Source of the DNA: an uncultured Rikenellaceae bacterium
Lineage (GTDB): Bacteria > Bacteroidota > Bacteroidia > Bacteroidales > VadinHA17
Length of the DNA: 64,000 bases
Assembly: GCA_964526345.1 (NCBI GenBank)
Contig: CAZGKI010000004.1
Coordinates: forward strand, 8,694 to 72,693
Direction of reading: 5' to 3'
The position numbers and the translations under genes were made by a program. Below the pieces are notes generated by a model. The model had not been told where the DNA came from. It ran no database searches and saw nothing but the letters and a program-made list of their open reading frames with translations. Every line of letters begins with the position of its first letter. Positions within the stretch are counted from its first letter, which is position 1. Positions 1 to 9,630 of this stretch are shown piece after piece.

Positions 1-1
1 T

Positions 2-262
2 GGCCCACCCGATAAAGTCTATATGGATTCCGAAGGTGAAAGCTGGGGTTATCGCAAACCTGTGCTCAAGTCGTCATGGGGAACAAGGTACAAGGTTAAA
101 GAAGAATATCTGTATTTCGTTTTTAAGAAGAAAAAGAGCATTTTTTCTGATAACGATTTTTTCCTCAGCAGAAGTGAATCCCTGGTAACATATTGGGACC
201 AGGCTGTTGCCTGCTGGAAAAAAGGTATTGTATTCAGGCTGGATAATCCTGAGGAGTTCTAA
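2..262 (+). CDS. 3' end of an unidentified CDS entering from upstream of the window (partial, function unknown)
   Basis: Frame 2 is open from base 2 to the TAA at 260-262; the ORF track only shows the internal Met at 23. A 7-bp hairpin AAGTGTA/TACACTT (273-291) follows. No family recognised. Confidence 0.3.
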   Translation, partial: GPPDKVYMDSEGESWGYRKPVLKSSWGTRYKVKEEYLYFVFKKKKSIFSDNDFFLSRSESLVTYWDQAVACWKKGIVFRLDNPEEF

Positions 263-292
263 GAATAAAATTAAGTGTAATAAATACACTTT

Positions 293-1033
293 ATGCTTAA
301 AGAATCTGAATGTATTTTTGGATTAAGACCTGTAATTGAAGCAATTAAAGCAGGTAAGCAGATCGACAGGCTGTTAATAAAACAAGGTCTTCAGGGAGCA
401 TTATATCATGAGCTGATGGTCGAGGTCAGAAACAATAACATCGTTTACCAGATTGTACCTCTGGAAAGAATTGAGCTGGTGACCAGGAAAAACCATCAGG
501 GCGTTCTTGCATGGCTTTCTTGTATTGAATATCAGCATATTGAAAATCTCCTTCCTATGATATTTGAAAAAGGGGAAAATCCTTTAATAATTGCCCTTGA
601 CGGAGTCTCCGACGTCAGAAATTTCGGAGCAATAGTAAGAAGTGCCGAATGTCTGGGAGTTCATGCAGTAATAATCCCGGAAAAGGGTTCTGCAAGAATT
701 ACTGGGGATGCAATTAAAACGTCTGCAGGCGCACTGCATACATTGCCGGTTTGCCGCGAAAAGTCCGTTATCAGATCAGTGGAATTACTTAAAAATTCAG
801 GACTTAAGGTTATTTGTGCTGCAGAAAAGGCTGGCAGGCTGGTCTTTGAAGTTGATCTTACAGATCCTCTAGTTCTTATTCTCGGCTCAGAAGATAAAGG
901 AATCAGCCGTGAGCTTTTAGCTCTTGCTGATGATATTGTAAGGGTCCCCATGTTTGGAAACATAGGCTCTTTTAACGTCTCAGTGGCTGCGGGGATCTTA
1001 ACCTATGAGATTGTCAGGCAACGGTCAAAGTAA
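293..1033 (+). CDS. rlmB: TrmH/SpoU-family rRNA 2'-O-ribose methyltransferase (RlmB-like)
   Basis: 246 aa. N-terminal 'FGLRPVIEAIKAG' substrate-binding domain. C-terminal SpoU knot motifs 'LVLILGSEDKGIS' and 'VRVPMFGNIGSFNVSVAAGILTYE'. Confidence 0.85.
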   Translation: MLKESECIFGLRPVIEAIKAGKQIDRLLIKQGLQGALYHELMVEVRNNNIVYQIVPLERIELVTRKNHQGVLAWLSCIEYQHIENLLPMIFEKGENPLIIALDGVSDVRNFGAIVRSAECLGVHAVIIPEKGSARITGDAIKTSAGALHTLPVCREKSVIRSVELLKNSGLKVICAAEKAGRLVFEVDLTDPLVLILGSEDKGISRELLALADDIVRVPMFGNIGSFNVSVAAGILTYEIVRQRSK

Positions 1034-2251
1034 TTATTCTATAATGCTTCTTATCCTGTTGTCCAGCATCATCTGATCAGTCGTAAATGATGCCAGTCCT
1101 GCGAGGGTCAGCAAAGTATCCGGAGCAATTTTATCCTCCTTTATTTTTTTCTCCCATCGTGAATAAACAGGTATTTTACCGTCAGAAGCTATATATGCCT
1201 TTTCTTCTTTAGATAGCGCAGGGAACATATCTTCACAGCCTGCCTCATAAGCCAGGTGGATAAGCTCAGCACCTGTGTCCGGAACTTTTGACGCCAGCCT
1301 TTCAGCGAGAGTTAATACTTTATCGTCGACTGTCCAGAATTTTTCAATATGAGCCTCTCTGGCTGATTCATACATGCTAACTTCATAGTTTTCGTGGATG
1401 CGCGAGCTGAAATTTCCGGGAAGCTCTTTGCGCCCGGCAACTGCAACTTTCGGAGGCATAGTAAATACATCTGTTCCAGCCAGCAAATCGAGTTGCTGAT
1501 AGGTCCTGAGACTTGCTGCAATCAGTTTTGTCTGCCAGGGGTTTTTTGCAGAGAGACCCGTAACCCAGTTCTGCGAAGCTATTACAGCCATCTCACCTGC
1601 TCCGGTGCCGTCGCCAAGCTTGTTGTCGCTCATAAATGCCCCTATACGGCCAAGAAATACATTCAGGTAATCAGGCCTGGCAACCCTGGTTACAATTACA
1701 TTCTCACGGGCACTGAATTCCAGTGTGAAGTTGATCCTCACACCTGCATCCCTTAGGCGTCTCGCACCTATTAATCCTTCTGCTGTATATGGTACCTTTA
1801 CAATGAACTGGTCGGGGCAAATCTCATGATACCTTTTTCCATAGTATTCTATTGCTTTAATATCATGTGCAGCGTCGGTATGAAGTTCCACACTTACCAG
1901 ACCCCCAAATTTTAAGGCAAGTCGCAATCCGTGCCTGGCATTTAGGATGAAAGCTATCTCTTTAACCCTTTCCTCCTGCGGAAGATCTCTTACAATGCTT
2001 TTTGCTTCAGAAATAAAAACATCATAGATACCCTTCTGTATCTCATTGTTCAACAATGTGTTATTGGTTGTCAGAGCACTCATCTCGGCTGACCAGTTGG
2101 CCTCCGCCTCATCCATATCACCAGTATCCAGCCAGAGTTCAGTACCTGTATTACGGAGAGATTCCCAAAAAGGATCAATTCTGCCATTTACATGCTTTTC
2201 ATTTATATTCTTCCACACAAAGTCGCTGATTCGGGTATTAAGATCTGCCAT
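1034..2251 (-). CDS. transaldolase-family protein, long (405 aa) form
   Basis: Transaldolase-like motifs 'ELWLDTGD', 'FIVKVPYTAEGL' (candidate Schiff-base Lys) and 'INFTLEFS', plus about 100 extra C-terminal residues. Confidence 0.7.
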   Translation of the reverse strand: MADLNTRISDFVWKNINEKHVNGRIDPFWESLRNTGTELWLDTGDMDEAEANWSAEMSALTTNNTLLNNEIQKGIYDVFISEAKSIVRDLPQEERVKEIAFILNARHGLRLALKFGGLVSVELHTDAAHDIKAIEYYGKRYHEICPDQFIVKVPYTAEGLIGARRLRDAGVRINFTLEFSARENVIVTRVARPDYLNVFLGRIGAFMSDNKLGDGTGAGEMAVIASQNWVTGLSAKNPWQTKLIAASLRTYQQLDLLAGTDVFTMPPKVAVAGRKELPGNFSSRIHENYEVSMYESAREAHIEKFWTVDDKVLTLAERLASKVPDTGAELIHLAYEAGCEDMFPALSKEEKAYIASDGKIPVYSRWEKKIKEDKIAPDTLLTLAGLASFTTDQMMLDNRIRSIIE

Positions 2252-2534
2252 AATTTATTTATTTGTTATATAACAACTAGTAATCCAATTTGTTTCTGCT
2301 ATTGCGTGTGCCTAACCACATGTGGTCAGGTAATTCAGTTTGAGTCCGGATCTATGTATTATCAGCACATGCTTAAAGGATAATTCTACATGTATAAACT
2401 TTTTCAGCCATATTGCCGGTAAAATTGAGAATAAAATAATCCCTATCATAAAATTTCTGGCAAAATTATATAATTTATTAATCGGTGACATTGAATATTT
2501 TTAGCTTTACATATAAAATTTAAAATATTGTAAA

Positions 2535-3809
2535 ATGAGACGAATAGTTTTATTGCTTTTGAGCTTTATTACTGCATTTGCTTCAGCACAGGTCAGTTTT
2601 GATAAATACTTTACCGATAAGGTCTTAAGGTTTGATTATATGCTTGCCGGCAACAGTAGTAAAACAGTTGTTTACCCTGTTGGAATGAAGGAAGAGCCAT
2701 TTTTTGGCGGCTCCAAAACTCAGTTGACTGATCCTTTTCATTTTGGTAATCTGAAATATGAGATTTTTGATGCAGTGGACACTATTCTGCTCTATTCAAG
2801 AGGCTTTTGCACGCTTTACCAGGAATGGCAGACCACTCCTGAAGCCAAAATAATGGAACGAAGTTTTTATGAGGTTGCAACGATGCCCTACCCTAAAAAT
2901 AAAGTAAACTTTGTACTTAGCATGCGGAAACGAGACGGATCATTTGAAAAAATTTACGAGACAAAAATAGATCCCACAAACTATTTTATCAGAAAAGAAA
3001 AACCTGTGAATGCTGCCGTTACAAAAATTTATTCTGCAGGAGATCCGGCTACAAGTGTCGACCTTGCATTTATTGCAGAAGGCTACACAGCTGAAGAGAT
3101 GGGAAAATTCATGGATGATGTAAAGAAGATGGCTGATATTTTGTTTGCCGAACCTCCCTTCAATGAATATAAAAACAGGATCAATATCTTTGCTGTTGAG
3201 GCAATATCTGAAGAATCCGGGACCGATATCCCGGGTGAAAAAATATATGTAAATACGGCACTGAATTCAAGCTTCTATACATTCGACCTCGATCGGTACC
3301 TGACAACCCAGGATATAAAATCTGTGAACGATTATGCTGCCCTTGTTCCTCACGATAATATAATTGTCCTTATTAACACTGATAAATACGGAGGCGGTGG
3401 TGTCTATAATTATTACAGCGGAACATCTGTCGGAAACCGACTGTCACCAAAGGTATTCATTCATGAATTCGGACACGGTTTTGCGGGCCTTGCCGATGAG
3501 TATTATTCCTCTGAGGTTGCTTATGAAGAATTTTATCCGCTGAATGTAGAACCCTGGGAACCCAATATTACCACCCTGGTAAACTTTGATTCCAAGTGGA
3601 AAAAGATGATAGCCAGGGATACACCTGTTCCAACTCCTGCTGAGGATAAATACAGAAATGTTACCGGAGTATTTGAAGGTGGCGGTTACGTCGCAAAAGG
3701 TATTTACAGACCCGAGATGGATTGCCGGATGAAGGGCAACGGACCTAAAGGATATTGTTCCGTATGCCGCGAGGCCGTTAAGAAAATGATCGAATTTTAT
3801 ATCAAGTGA
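2535..3809 (+). CDS. secreted M64-family (IgA-peptidase-like) zinc metallopeptidase
   Basis: Signal peptide 'LLLLSFITAFASAQ'. HExxH-type motif 'FIHEFGHGFAGLADEY'. Size (424 aa) typical of Bacteroidota M64 proteins. Confidence 0.8.
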   Translation: MRRIVLLLLSFITAFASAQVSFDKYFTDKVLRFDYMLAGNSSKTVVYPVGMKEEPFFGGSKTQLTDPFHFGNLKYEIFDAVDTILLYSRGFCTLYQEWQTTPEAKIMERSFYEVATMPYPKNKVNFVLSMRKRDGSFEKIYETKIDPTNYFIRKEKPVNAAVTKIYSAGDPATSVDLAFIAEGYTAEEMGKFMDDVKKMADILFAEPPFNEYKNRINIFAVEAISEESGTDIPGEKIYVNTALNSSFYTFDLDRYLTTQDIKSVNDYAALVPHDNIIVLINTDKYGGGGVYNYYSGTSVGNRLSPKVFIHEFGHGFAGLADEYYSSEVAYEEFYPLNVEPWEPNITTLVNFDSKWKKMIARDTPVPTPAEDKYRNVTGVFEGGGYVAKGIYRPEMDCRMKGNGPKGYCSVCREAVKKMIEFYIK

Positions 3810-3823
3810 TAAATGTCATAGGG

Positions 3824-3851
3824 GTAAGGACGTTGCATGCAACGTCCTTAC
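3824..3851. terminator. perfect 28-bp palindrome between convergent genes (candidate bidirectional terminator hairpin without U-tract)
   Basis: GTAAGGACGTTGCA|TGCAACGTCCTTAC reads identically on both strands. It lies 15 nt after the M64 stop and overlaps the clpS stop codon (3848-3850). Confidence 0.5.
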
Positions 3852-4123
3852 AGAAGCGACACTGCAGAATTAAGTCCTCCTGCATTGAGCAATCTGTTCA
3901 TTGCGGTAAGTACTTCCTCGGAACCTTTCTTTACCTCATAGCTTCCCCTGAAATGTACAAGTAGTGCGCATTGCTCTGCCTGTATTATATCATGACCACA
4001 TACCTCCACAAGTAGTTTTATTACATGATCGAAAGTATTAATATCGTCATTGAATAAAATCAATGAATATATTTTACTGCCCTCCTGCAGTTTGTCATCC
4101 TTATGTATTGGGTTTTCTTTCAT
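3848..4123 (-). CDS. clpS: ATP-dependent Clp protease adaptor ClpS
   Basis: 91 aa; 'LILFNDDINTFDHVIKLLVEVCGH...QAEQCALLVHFRGSYEVKKGS' matches the ClpS core. Confidence 0.85.
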   Translation of the reverse strand: MKENPIHKDDKLQEGSKIYSLILFNDDINTFDHVIKLLVEVCGHDIIQAEQCALLVHFRGSYEVKKGSEEVLTAMNRLLNAGGLNSAVSLL

Positions 4124-5919
4124 TCAACTCTTTCAAAAAGCTGTTTTGCAGTCTCTACAGGTATCTCTTTAATTCCAAGCCATGCAGATACTCTGGCCTC
4201 ACGGTAACCGTTTCTTGCCAGCAGATCTGCATACTCTACTGCGCTTTCAAATGTAATAAATTTCCCAATCAGGTAAACGATGGTTCCATCCTGAAGTGTC
4301 ACACTATCTAAGCCTTTTGTTCCGGCCAGTTTATTCAATCCCGCCAGGACATCATCTTTCGGCGGCTTCATAGCTCTCATAACTTCAACCCTGAAAGAAA
4401 GTGTGGGAGGAACGGTATCAGCAGGTGCACGGGAATTATCATTTATTTCTGTAATAAAAGGTTTCTTCCCCCATTCTTTTTCAAGGATTGCTGCCCTTTC
4501 GGCTGACACTGCTTTGCCTCCTGAAAGCGAAATTACAAAGGCATCTTTAAATCCTTTCCGGCGAACGATTGCAAGAGCCTTGTTGGCATCGGCAAGCCGA
4601 CGGAACATCCCGGCATAGTAATTTGTTCTGTCGGTACCGGCAACCTTAAAGCCATAAACAGGAGTTATTCCTTTAAAATATGAAGGTGAAACCGGATTGC
4701 GGAATACTGCTACCTGGATGCGATATATCAGTCCCTGCGGTATCTCAGGATTAATGGAGATTTTATCAGTAGCTTTATAAACAGGTTTTTCCGTAACCTC
4801 AAAGACCGAAAATGTTTCTGATATTTTCTTAATTGTCTGGCCAACCACATTTGAATCATCAGGTTTTATGTTTTTAACTGCCTGAGCAGTCGGTGCCTCG
4901 ACAGGTTTATTCACCTGAACCTGATCATGAGCCGGTAAAACAGCATCTTTATTTTCATCGACTCCTTTTTCGACAACAGGAGTAACAATTTCCTGTTTTA
5001 AAGTTCCTGATGTGTCATTTTTTGCCTGTGTAACAATTACAGGAGTGTCTTCTTTTGCAAAGGGCCGGGCATTCATTGCAGCCTGAGCCTGCGCGTATTT
5101 CTGATCAGCAAGTTTCTGAAAAGAGGCTGCCATGCTTTCCGTTTGAGTAATCGATGATTTTAATTCGGCCTTATCTTTATAATTCTGATTATCAAGGTTT
5201 TTCTTCATACTCTCAGCAGCTTTGTAAAGAGAATCTGACTTCACCTGGTATTTCATGGCCTCCGATAAGATCTTATCATAGTCATCGGGTATTGCTTCTT
5301 TCTCCTGTTTCTCAGTAACTGACTCCTGATTTACATTCTTTTCACTCTTGTCAGTCATGGTTTGCGGCTTCAAAGCGCGAGCTGTTTCTTTACTCTTTAT
5401 TTCAGTTACAGGTTCAGACTTCACCAGCTCTCCTTTACTGTCTTTGCATTGCTGAATATATTCAGGAACACCTGAATTTCGCGAGGCCTTTTTACCAGCC
5501 TGTTGCGAATATGTCTCAAATGAAAAGATGGCTTCATTAAACTTTCCCGACATTTGCTGGGCTCTGCCCAGCCAGAATAACGCGTCAGGAGGTATATTCC
5601 TGGCAACCGAAGTACCTTGTAAAGATTGTTTCAGGAGTGTTATAGCCTGTTCCGGTTCCCTGTTCAGATTCACAAGAGATACCCCTGAATAATATTTATA
5701 CAGAGGATCCTTTGGATAGATTGCAAGGAGCCCGGTGAATCCCTGGTATGCTTTTTCGAAATTGCCGGCATTAAATGCTTCTATGGATGTCTGCCTTAAA
5801 GGTTTTTCAGGAATATTCTGCGAGAAAAGAGTACCCTCTGAATAGCACAGGCTCATCAATATCATGATATAAAAATACCTGCTTACCTTTATCAGACCGT
5901 TGCCTCTCTCCATCATCAC
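4120..5919 (-). CDS. TPR-repeat plus tandem SPOR-domain (peptidoglycan-binding) protein
   Basis: N-terminal hydrophobic segment; TPR-like helices (residues ~45-150); K/E/Q-rich linker. Two C-terminal SPOR-like modules ('YRIQVAVFRNPVSPSYFKG...', 'FRVEVMRAMKPP...YREARV'). The start codon among MMM/M17/M21 is uncertain. Confidence 0.7.
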   Translation of the reverse strand: MMMERGNGLIKVSRYFYIMILMSLCYSEGTLFSQNIPEKPLRQTSIEAFNAGNFEKAYQGFTGLLAIYPKDPLYKYYSGVSLVNLNREPEQAITLLKQSLQGTSVARNIPPDALFWLGRAQQMSGKFNEAIFSFETYSQQAGKKASRNSGVPEYIQQCKDSKGELVKSEPVTEIKSKETARALKPQTMTDKSEKNVNQESVTEKQEKEAIPDDYDKILSEAMKYQVKSDSLYKAAESMKKNLDNQNYKDKAELKSSITQTESMAASFQKLADQKYAQAQAAMNARPFAKEDTPVIVTQAKNDTSGTLKQEIVTPVVEKGVDENKDAVLPAHDQVQVNKPVEAPTAQAVKNIKPDDSNVVGQTIKKISETFSVFEVTEKPVYKATDKISINPEIPQGLIYRIQVAVFRNPVSPSYFKGITPVYGFKVAGTDRTNYYAGMFRRLADANKALAIVRRKGFKDAFVISLSGGKAVSAERAAILEKEWGKKPFITEINDNSRAPADTVPPTLSFRVEVMRAMKPPKDDVLAGLNKLAGTKGLDSVTLQDGTIVYLIGKFITFESAVEYADLLARNGYREARVSAWLGIKEIPVETAKQLFERVE

Positions 5920-6059
5920 AAATAACTAATTTCCAAACTATTAATTGAAGTTACCAGCCTACTGAAAACGATTGATTGTTAATAACAAAAAAGTAAATTA
6001 ACTTCAGAAAACAATTCAAACTTCGTAAATTTACCCATAATTACAAAATTAATAAACCT

Positions 6060-6524
6060 GTGGCACAATTGAAAGAGGGAATGAAAGCTCCGCTATTTGA
6101 GGGGATTGACCAGAACGGTAATAATGTGAAACTGACTGGTTTCTCAGGAAAGAAGGTTGTACTTTATTTTTATCCAAAGGACAATACTCCGGGATGCACC
6201 GCTGAAGCATGTAATCTTCGTGATAATCATGAATTATTGCTCAGGAAAGGATTTGCAGTTGTTGGAGTGAGTATCGACAGTGAGAAATCACATAAGAACT
6301 TTGCAGGCAAGTATTCATTGCCTTTCCCGCTGATAGCTGACACTACAAAAAAAATATGTTCAGACTATGGAATATGGAAAGAAAAAAGTCTTTATGGTAA
6401 AACTTTTTTGGGAATAGCAAGGACTACCTTTATTATTGACGAAAAAGGGATCATTGAAAAAATTATTTCAAAAGTCGATACAAAAGCGCACTCAGAACAG
6501 ATATTCAATGTTTACAAAAAATAA
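6060..6524 (+). CDS. bcp: thiol peroxidase Bcp (1-Cys/2-Cys peroxiredoxin)
   Basis: GTG start; '[19 protein letters not shown]' peroxidatic-Cys motif; 154 aa. Confidence 0.9.
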   Translation: MAQLKEGMKAPLFEGIDQNGNNVKLTGFSGKKVVLYFYPKDNTPGCTAEACNLRDNHELLLRKGFAVVGVSIDSEKSHKNFAGKYSLPFPLIADTTKKICSDYGIWKEKSLYGKTFLGIARTTFIIDEKGIIEKIISKVDTKAHSEQIFNVYKK

Positions 6525-6534
6525 AACCAGTAAT

Positions 6535-7548
6535 ATGAGCAACGAAAGAAAAGAAATTAATAAAGAGAAACTTAAAGCTCTTGAAGTAACTCTCGGAAAA
6601 ATAGAAAAAGATTTTGGCAAGGGGACGATCATGAAACTTGGCGATCATGCTGCCATCGAAAATATCCAGGTTATTCCTACCGGCTCCATTGGACTTGATG
6701 CAGCTCTTGGTATAGGTGGATTTCCACGTGGAAGGGTTATAGAGATCTATGGCCCGGAAGCATCAGGAAAAACCACGCTAGCCATTCATGCAATAGCCGA
6801 GGCTCAGAAAAATGGTGGAATCGCCGCAATTATTGATGCTGAACACACCTTCGACCGCAATTATGCTGAAAAACTGGGTGTTGATGTTGAGAATCTTCTT
6901 ATCTCGCAGCCCGATAATGGTGAGCAGGCACTGGAAATCACAGATAACCTTATACGATCAGGAGCGCTCGATATTGTTGTTATCGACTCGGTTGCAGCCC
7001 TTACACCTAAAGCAGAGATAGAAGGCGAAATGGGTGACTCAAAAATGGGACTTCAGGCAAGGCTTATGTCGCAGGCACTCAGAAAACTTACTGCTAACAT
7101 CAGTAAAACGAACACTTCGTGTGTGTTCATAAACCAGCTCAGAGATAAGATCGGGGTCATGTTCGGAAATCCTGAGACCACAACCGGTGGAAATGCCCTG
7201 AAATTCTACGCATCAGTCAGGGTAGACATACGCCGCACCAGCCAGCTAAAAGACGGCGATGAGGTTGTCGGAAACCGTACCAGGGCTAAGATAGTTAAAA
7301 ACAAACTCGCACCGCCCTTCAGAAAAGCTGATTTTGATATACTTTATGGCGAAGGAATTTCCGAGTTAGGTGAGATAGTTGACCTGGGTACCGACTTTAA
7401 CATAATAAAGAAGAGCGGATCATGGTTCAGCTACGGTGAAACAAAAATAGGACAGGGACGCGATGCTGTAAAGCAGATATTAAAGGATAATCCTGAACTA
7501 TATGACGAACTCAAAGCCAAAGTACAGGAAGCACTTAAAAAACAATAA
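6535..7548 (+). CDS. recA: recombinase RecA
   Basis: Walker A '[11 protein letters not shown]'; '[22 protein letters not shown]'; '[32 protein letters not shown]'. The ATG at 6535 was chosen; the ORF-track start at 6436 lies inside bcp. Confidence 0.95.
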   Translation: MSNERKEINKEKLKALEVTLGKIEKDFGKGTIMKLGDHAAIENIQVIPTGSIGLDAALGIGGFPRGRVIEIYGPEASGKTTLAIHAIAEAQKNGGIAAIIDAEHTFDRNYAEKLGVDVENLLISQPDNGEQALEITDNLIRSGALDIVVIDSVAALTPKAEIEGEMGDSKMGLQARLMSQALRKLTANISKTNTSCVFINQLRDKIGVMFGNPETTTGGNALKFYASVRVDIRRTSQLKDGDEVVGNRTRAKIVKNKLAPPFRKADFDILYGEGISELGEIVDLGTDFNIIKKSGSWFSYGETKIGQGRDAVKQILKDNPELYDELKAKVQEALKKQ

Positions 7549-7568
7549 ACCAAATAAACAAATCCCTC

Positions 7569-9629
7569 ATGAAAAGATTTCTTGTTCCGATAGTTCTTCT
7601 GGCATTGCTTTTTTCTGCTTCATGCAAACAGAATAAATCTGTAATAAAGGAACCCGTAACCCGGTTTTCCAACCAGCTTACTGAAGAAGAAAAAGCCGGT
7701 GGAGTTATGACACCGGAGATAATGTGGAAATTCAGACGGCTCGGGACTATAGCCCTCTCTCCCGATGGATCAAAGGTACTTTATACACTCACAGATATAG
7801 ATCTCCCGACTGAAGCCAGGATAACCAATATATATAAGATACCCATTACAGGAGGCGATGCAGTCCAGCTCACAGCAGATGGCGGGACATCTCCCCAATG
7901 GTTCAATAATGGCAAATCTGTGGCTTATGTCAGCGATACGAACCTGATAGTCATGAATGCTGACGGATCAGAGAAAAAGATTGTGGAAGGCCTGAGAGAT
8001 TTTGAGATCTTTAATATATCTCCGTCAGGGAACAAAATTTATTTTACCAGGAGAGTCAAGCTCGATCAGACCGCGAATGAAAAATATAGCTTACCGAAAG
8101 CTAAAGTTAGGATAATTGACGACCTCATGTATCGCCACTGGGACTACTGGAGAGACTTTTCATACAGCCATATTATTGTTGCAGATTTTAACGGGAAAAA
8201 GATTTCAGGTGAGAAAGATATTATGGAGGGCCAGAAATTCGAATCTCCCCTCGCTCCCTACTTCGATGAAGGAGAAGTATCGTGGAGCCCCGACAGCAAG
8301 TATATAGCTTATACGTCAAAGAGATTAACCGGGAAAGAAGATGCAAGAAGCACAAATTCAGATATCTTCCTGCATAATATCTCTTCCGGGAAAGAGGTAA
8401 ATATCACTGATGGAAACCGTGGGTACGACAGATATCCGGTCTTTTCTCCTGACGGATCAAAGATTGCATATCAGAGCATGGCCCGGGATGGCTATGAGGC
8501 TGATCTTGATAGGCTTATGGTATATGACATTAACACCGGCAACCGAACATGGGTGACCAAAGGGTGGGATTTTGATGTGGAAAGTATTAACTGGTCAGAT
8601 AACCAGACAATCTATTTTGTCTGTTCATATCTTGGTACTTCACAGGTTTTTAAGACGAATATCAGTGGGAAAGGTGTTGATAAGGTTACTGAAGGAGTTC
8701 ACAACCTGGGATCATTAATTATTAAATCAGGTAATTTAGTTTCAAGTATCACGTCTATGTCGATGGCTCCAGAAGTGGCAGTTATCGATCTGACTACAGG
8801 AAATGTAAGCCAGATAAGTGCTATAAATAAAAGTATATATGAATCAATAAAAATGGGTATGACTGATGAGAAGCATATAAGGACCAAAGATGACCTGGAC
8901 CTGCAGATGTGGATTGTCTACCCTCCCGATTTTGATCCTGCAAAGAAATACCCGGCGTTGCTTTTTTGCAATGGCGGACCCCAGACACCTATCGACCAGT
9001 TCTGGTCGTATCGCTGGAATTTCCAGATGATGGCTGCAAAAGGATATATTGTTTTTGCCCCAAACAGGAGGGGTGATTCTGGTTTTGGCCAGGCATGGAA
9101 AGAAGAGATTTCCGGAGATTATGGAGGGGCCAATATTCAGGATTATCTTGATGCAACTGATGCCATGGCCAGGGAACAGTATGTCGATCCGGAACGACTT
9201 GGGGCTGTGGGAGCAAGTTATGGAGGTTTTTCGGTTTTTTACCTCGCCGGTATGCATGGAGGCAGGTTCAAAGCCTTTATTGCACATTGTGGCATGTTTG
9301 ATTTTACCAGCTGGTATGGAAGTACAGAGGAACTTTGGTTCCCCGATAAGGATATTGAAGGTCCCTACTGGAATATGCCAAAGAGCTACCAGTACTCACC
9401 ACATCTTATGGCAGATAACTGGGATACTCCTATCCTCATAATAACCGGGGCCAATGACTTCAGGATTCCCTATACACAAAGTATGGAAGCGTTCCAGGCT
9501 GCCCAGTTGCATAGTATCCCGAGCAGACTTCTGTTCTTTGAAAATGAAACACATTTTGTAACAAAACCTCAGAATTCTGTCATTTGGCAGAGAGAGTTTT
9601 TTAACTGGCTTGAGACATACCTGAAATAA
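7569..9629 (+). CDS. secreted S9-family serine peptidase (beta-propeller plus alpha/beta hydrolase)
   Basis: Lipoprotein-like signal 'LFSASC'. PD40-like 'SPDGSK' repeats. Catalytic triad context 'GASYGGF', 'GANDFRIP', 'ENETHF'. Confidence 0.85.
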   Translation: MKRFLVPIVLLALLFSASCKQNKSVIKEPVTRFSNQLTEEEKAGGVMTPEIMWKFRRLGTIALSPDGSKVLYTLTDIDLPTEARITNIYKIPITGGDAVQLTADGGTSPQWFNNGKSVAYVSDTNLIVMNADGSEKKIVEGLRDFEIFNISPSGNKIYFTRRVKLDQTANEKYSLPKAKVRIIDDLMYRHWDYWRDFSYSHIIVADFNGKKISGEKDIMEGQKFESPLAPYFDEGEVSWSPDSKYIAYTSKRLTGKEDARSTNSDIFLHNISSGKEVNITDGNRGYDRYPVFSPDGSKIAYQSMARDGYEADLDRLMVYDINTGNRTWVTKGWDFDVESINWSDNQTIYFVCSYLGTSQVFKTNISGKGVDKVTEGVHNLGSLIIKSGNLVSSITSMSMAPEVAVIDLTTGNVSQISAINKSIYESIKMGMTDEKHIRTKDDLDLQMWIVYPPDFDPAKKYPALLFCNGGPQTPIDQFWSYRWNFQMMAAKGYIVFAPNRRGDSGFGQAWKEEISGDYGGANIQDYLDATDAMAREQYVDPERLGAVGASYGGFSVFYLAGMHGGRFKAFIAHCGMFDFTSWYGSTEELWFPDKDIEGPYWNMPKSYQYSPHLMADNWDTPILIITGANDFRIPYTQSMEAFQAAQLHSIPSRLLFFENETHFVTKPQNSVIWQREFFNWLETYLK

Positions 9630-9630
9630 A

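Noticed and set aside
6436-6534. The ORF-track start of recA at 6436 (33 extra N-terminal codons).
   Set aside because: The extension lies inside the 3' end of bcp in another frame and has no RecA-like sequence. The ATG at 6535 gives the normal '[17 protein letters not shown]...' N-terminus, 10 nt after the bcp stop.
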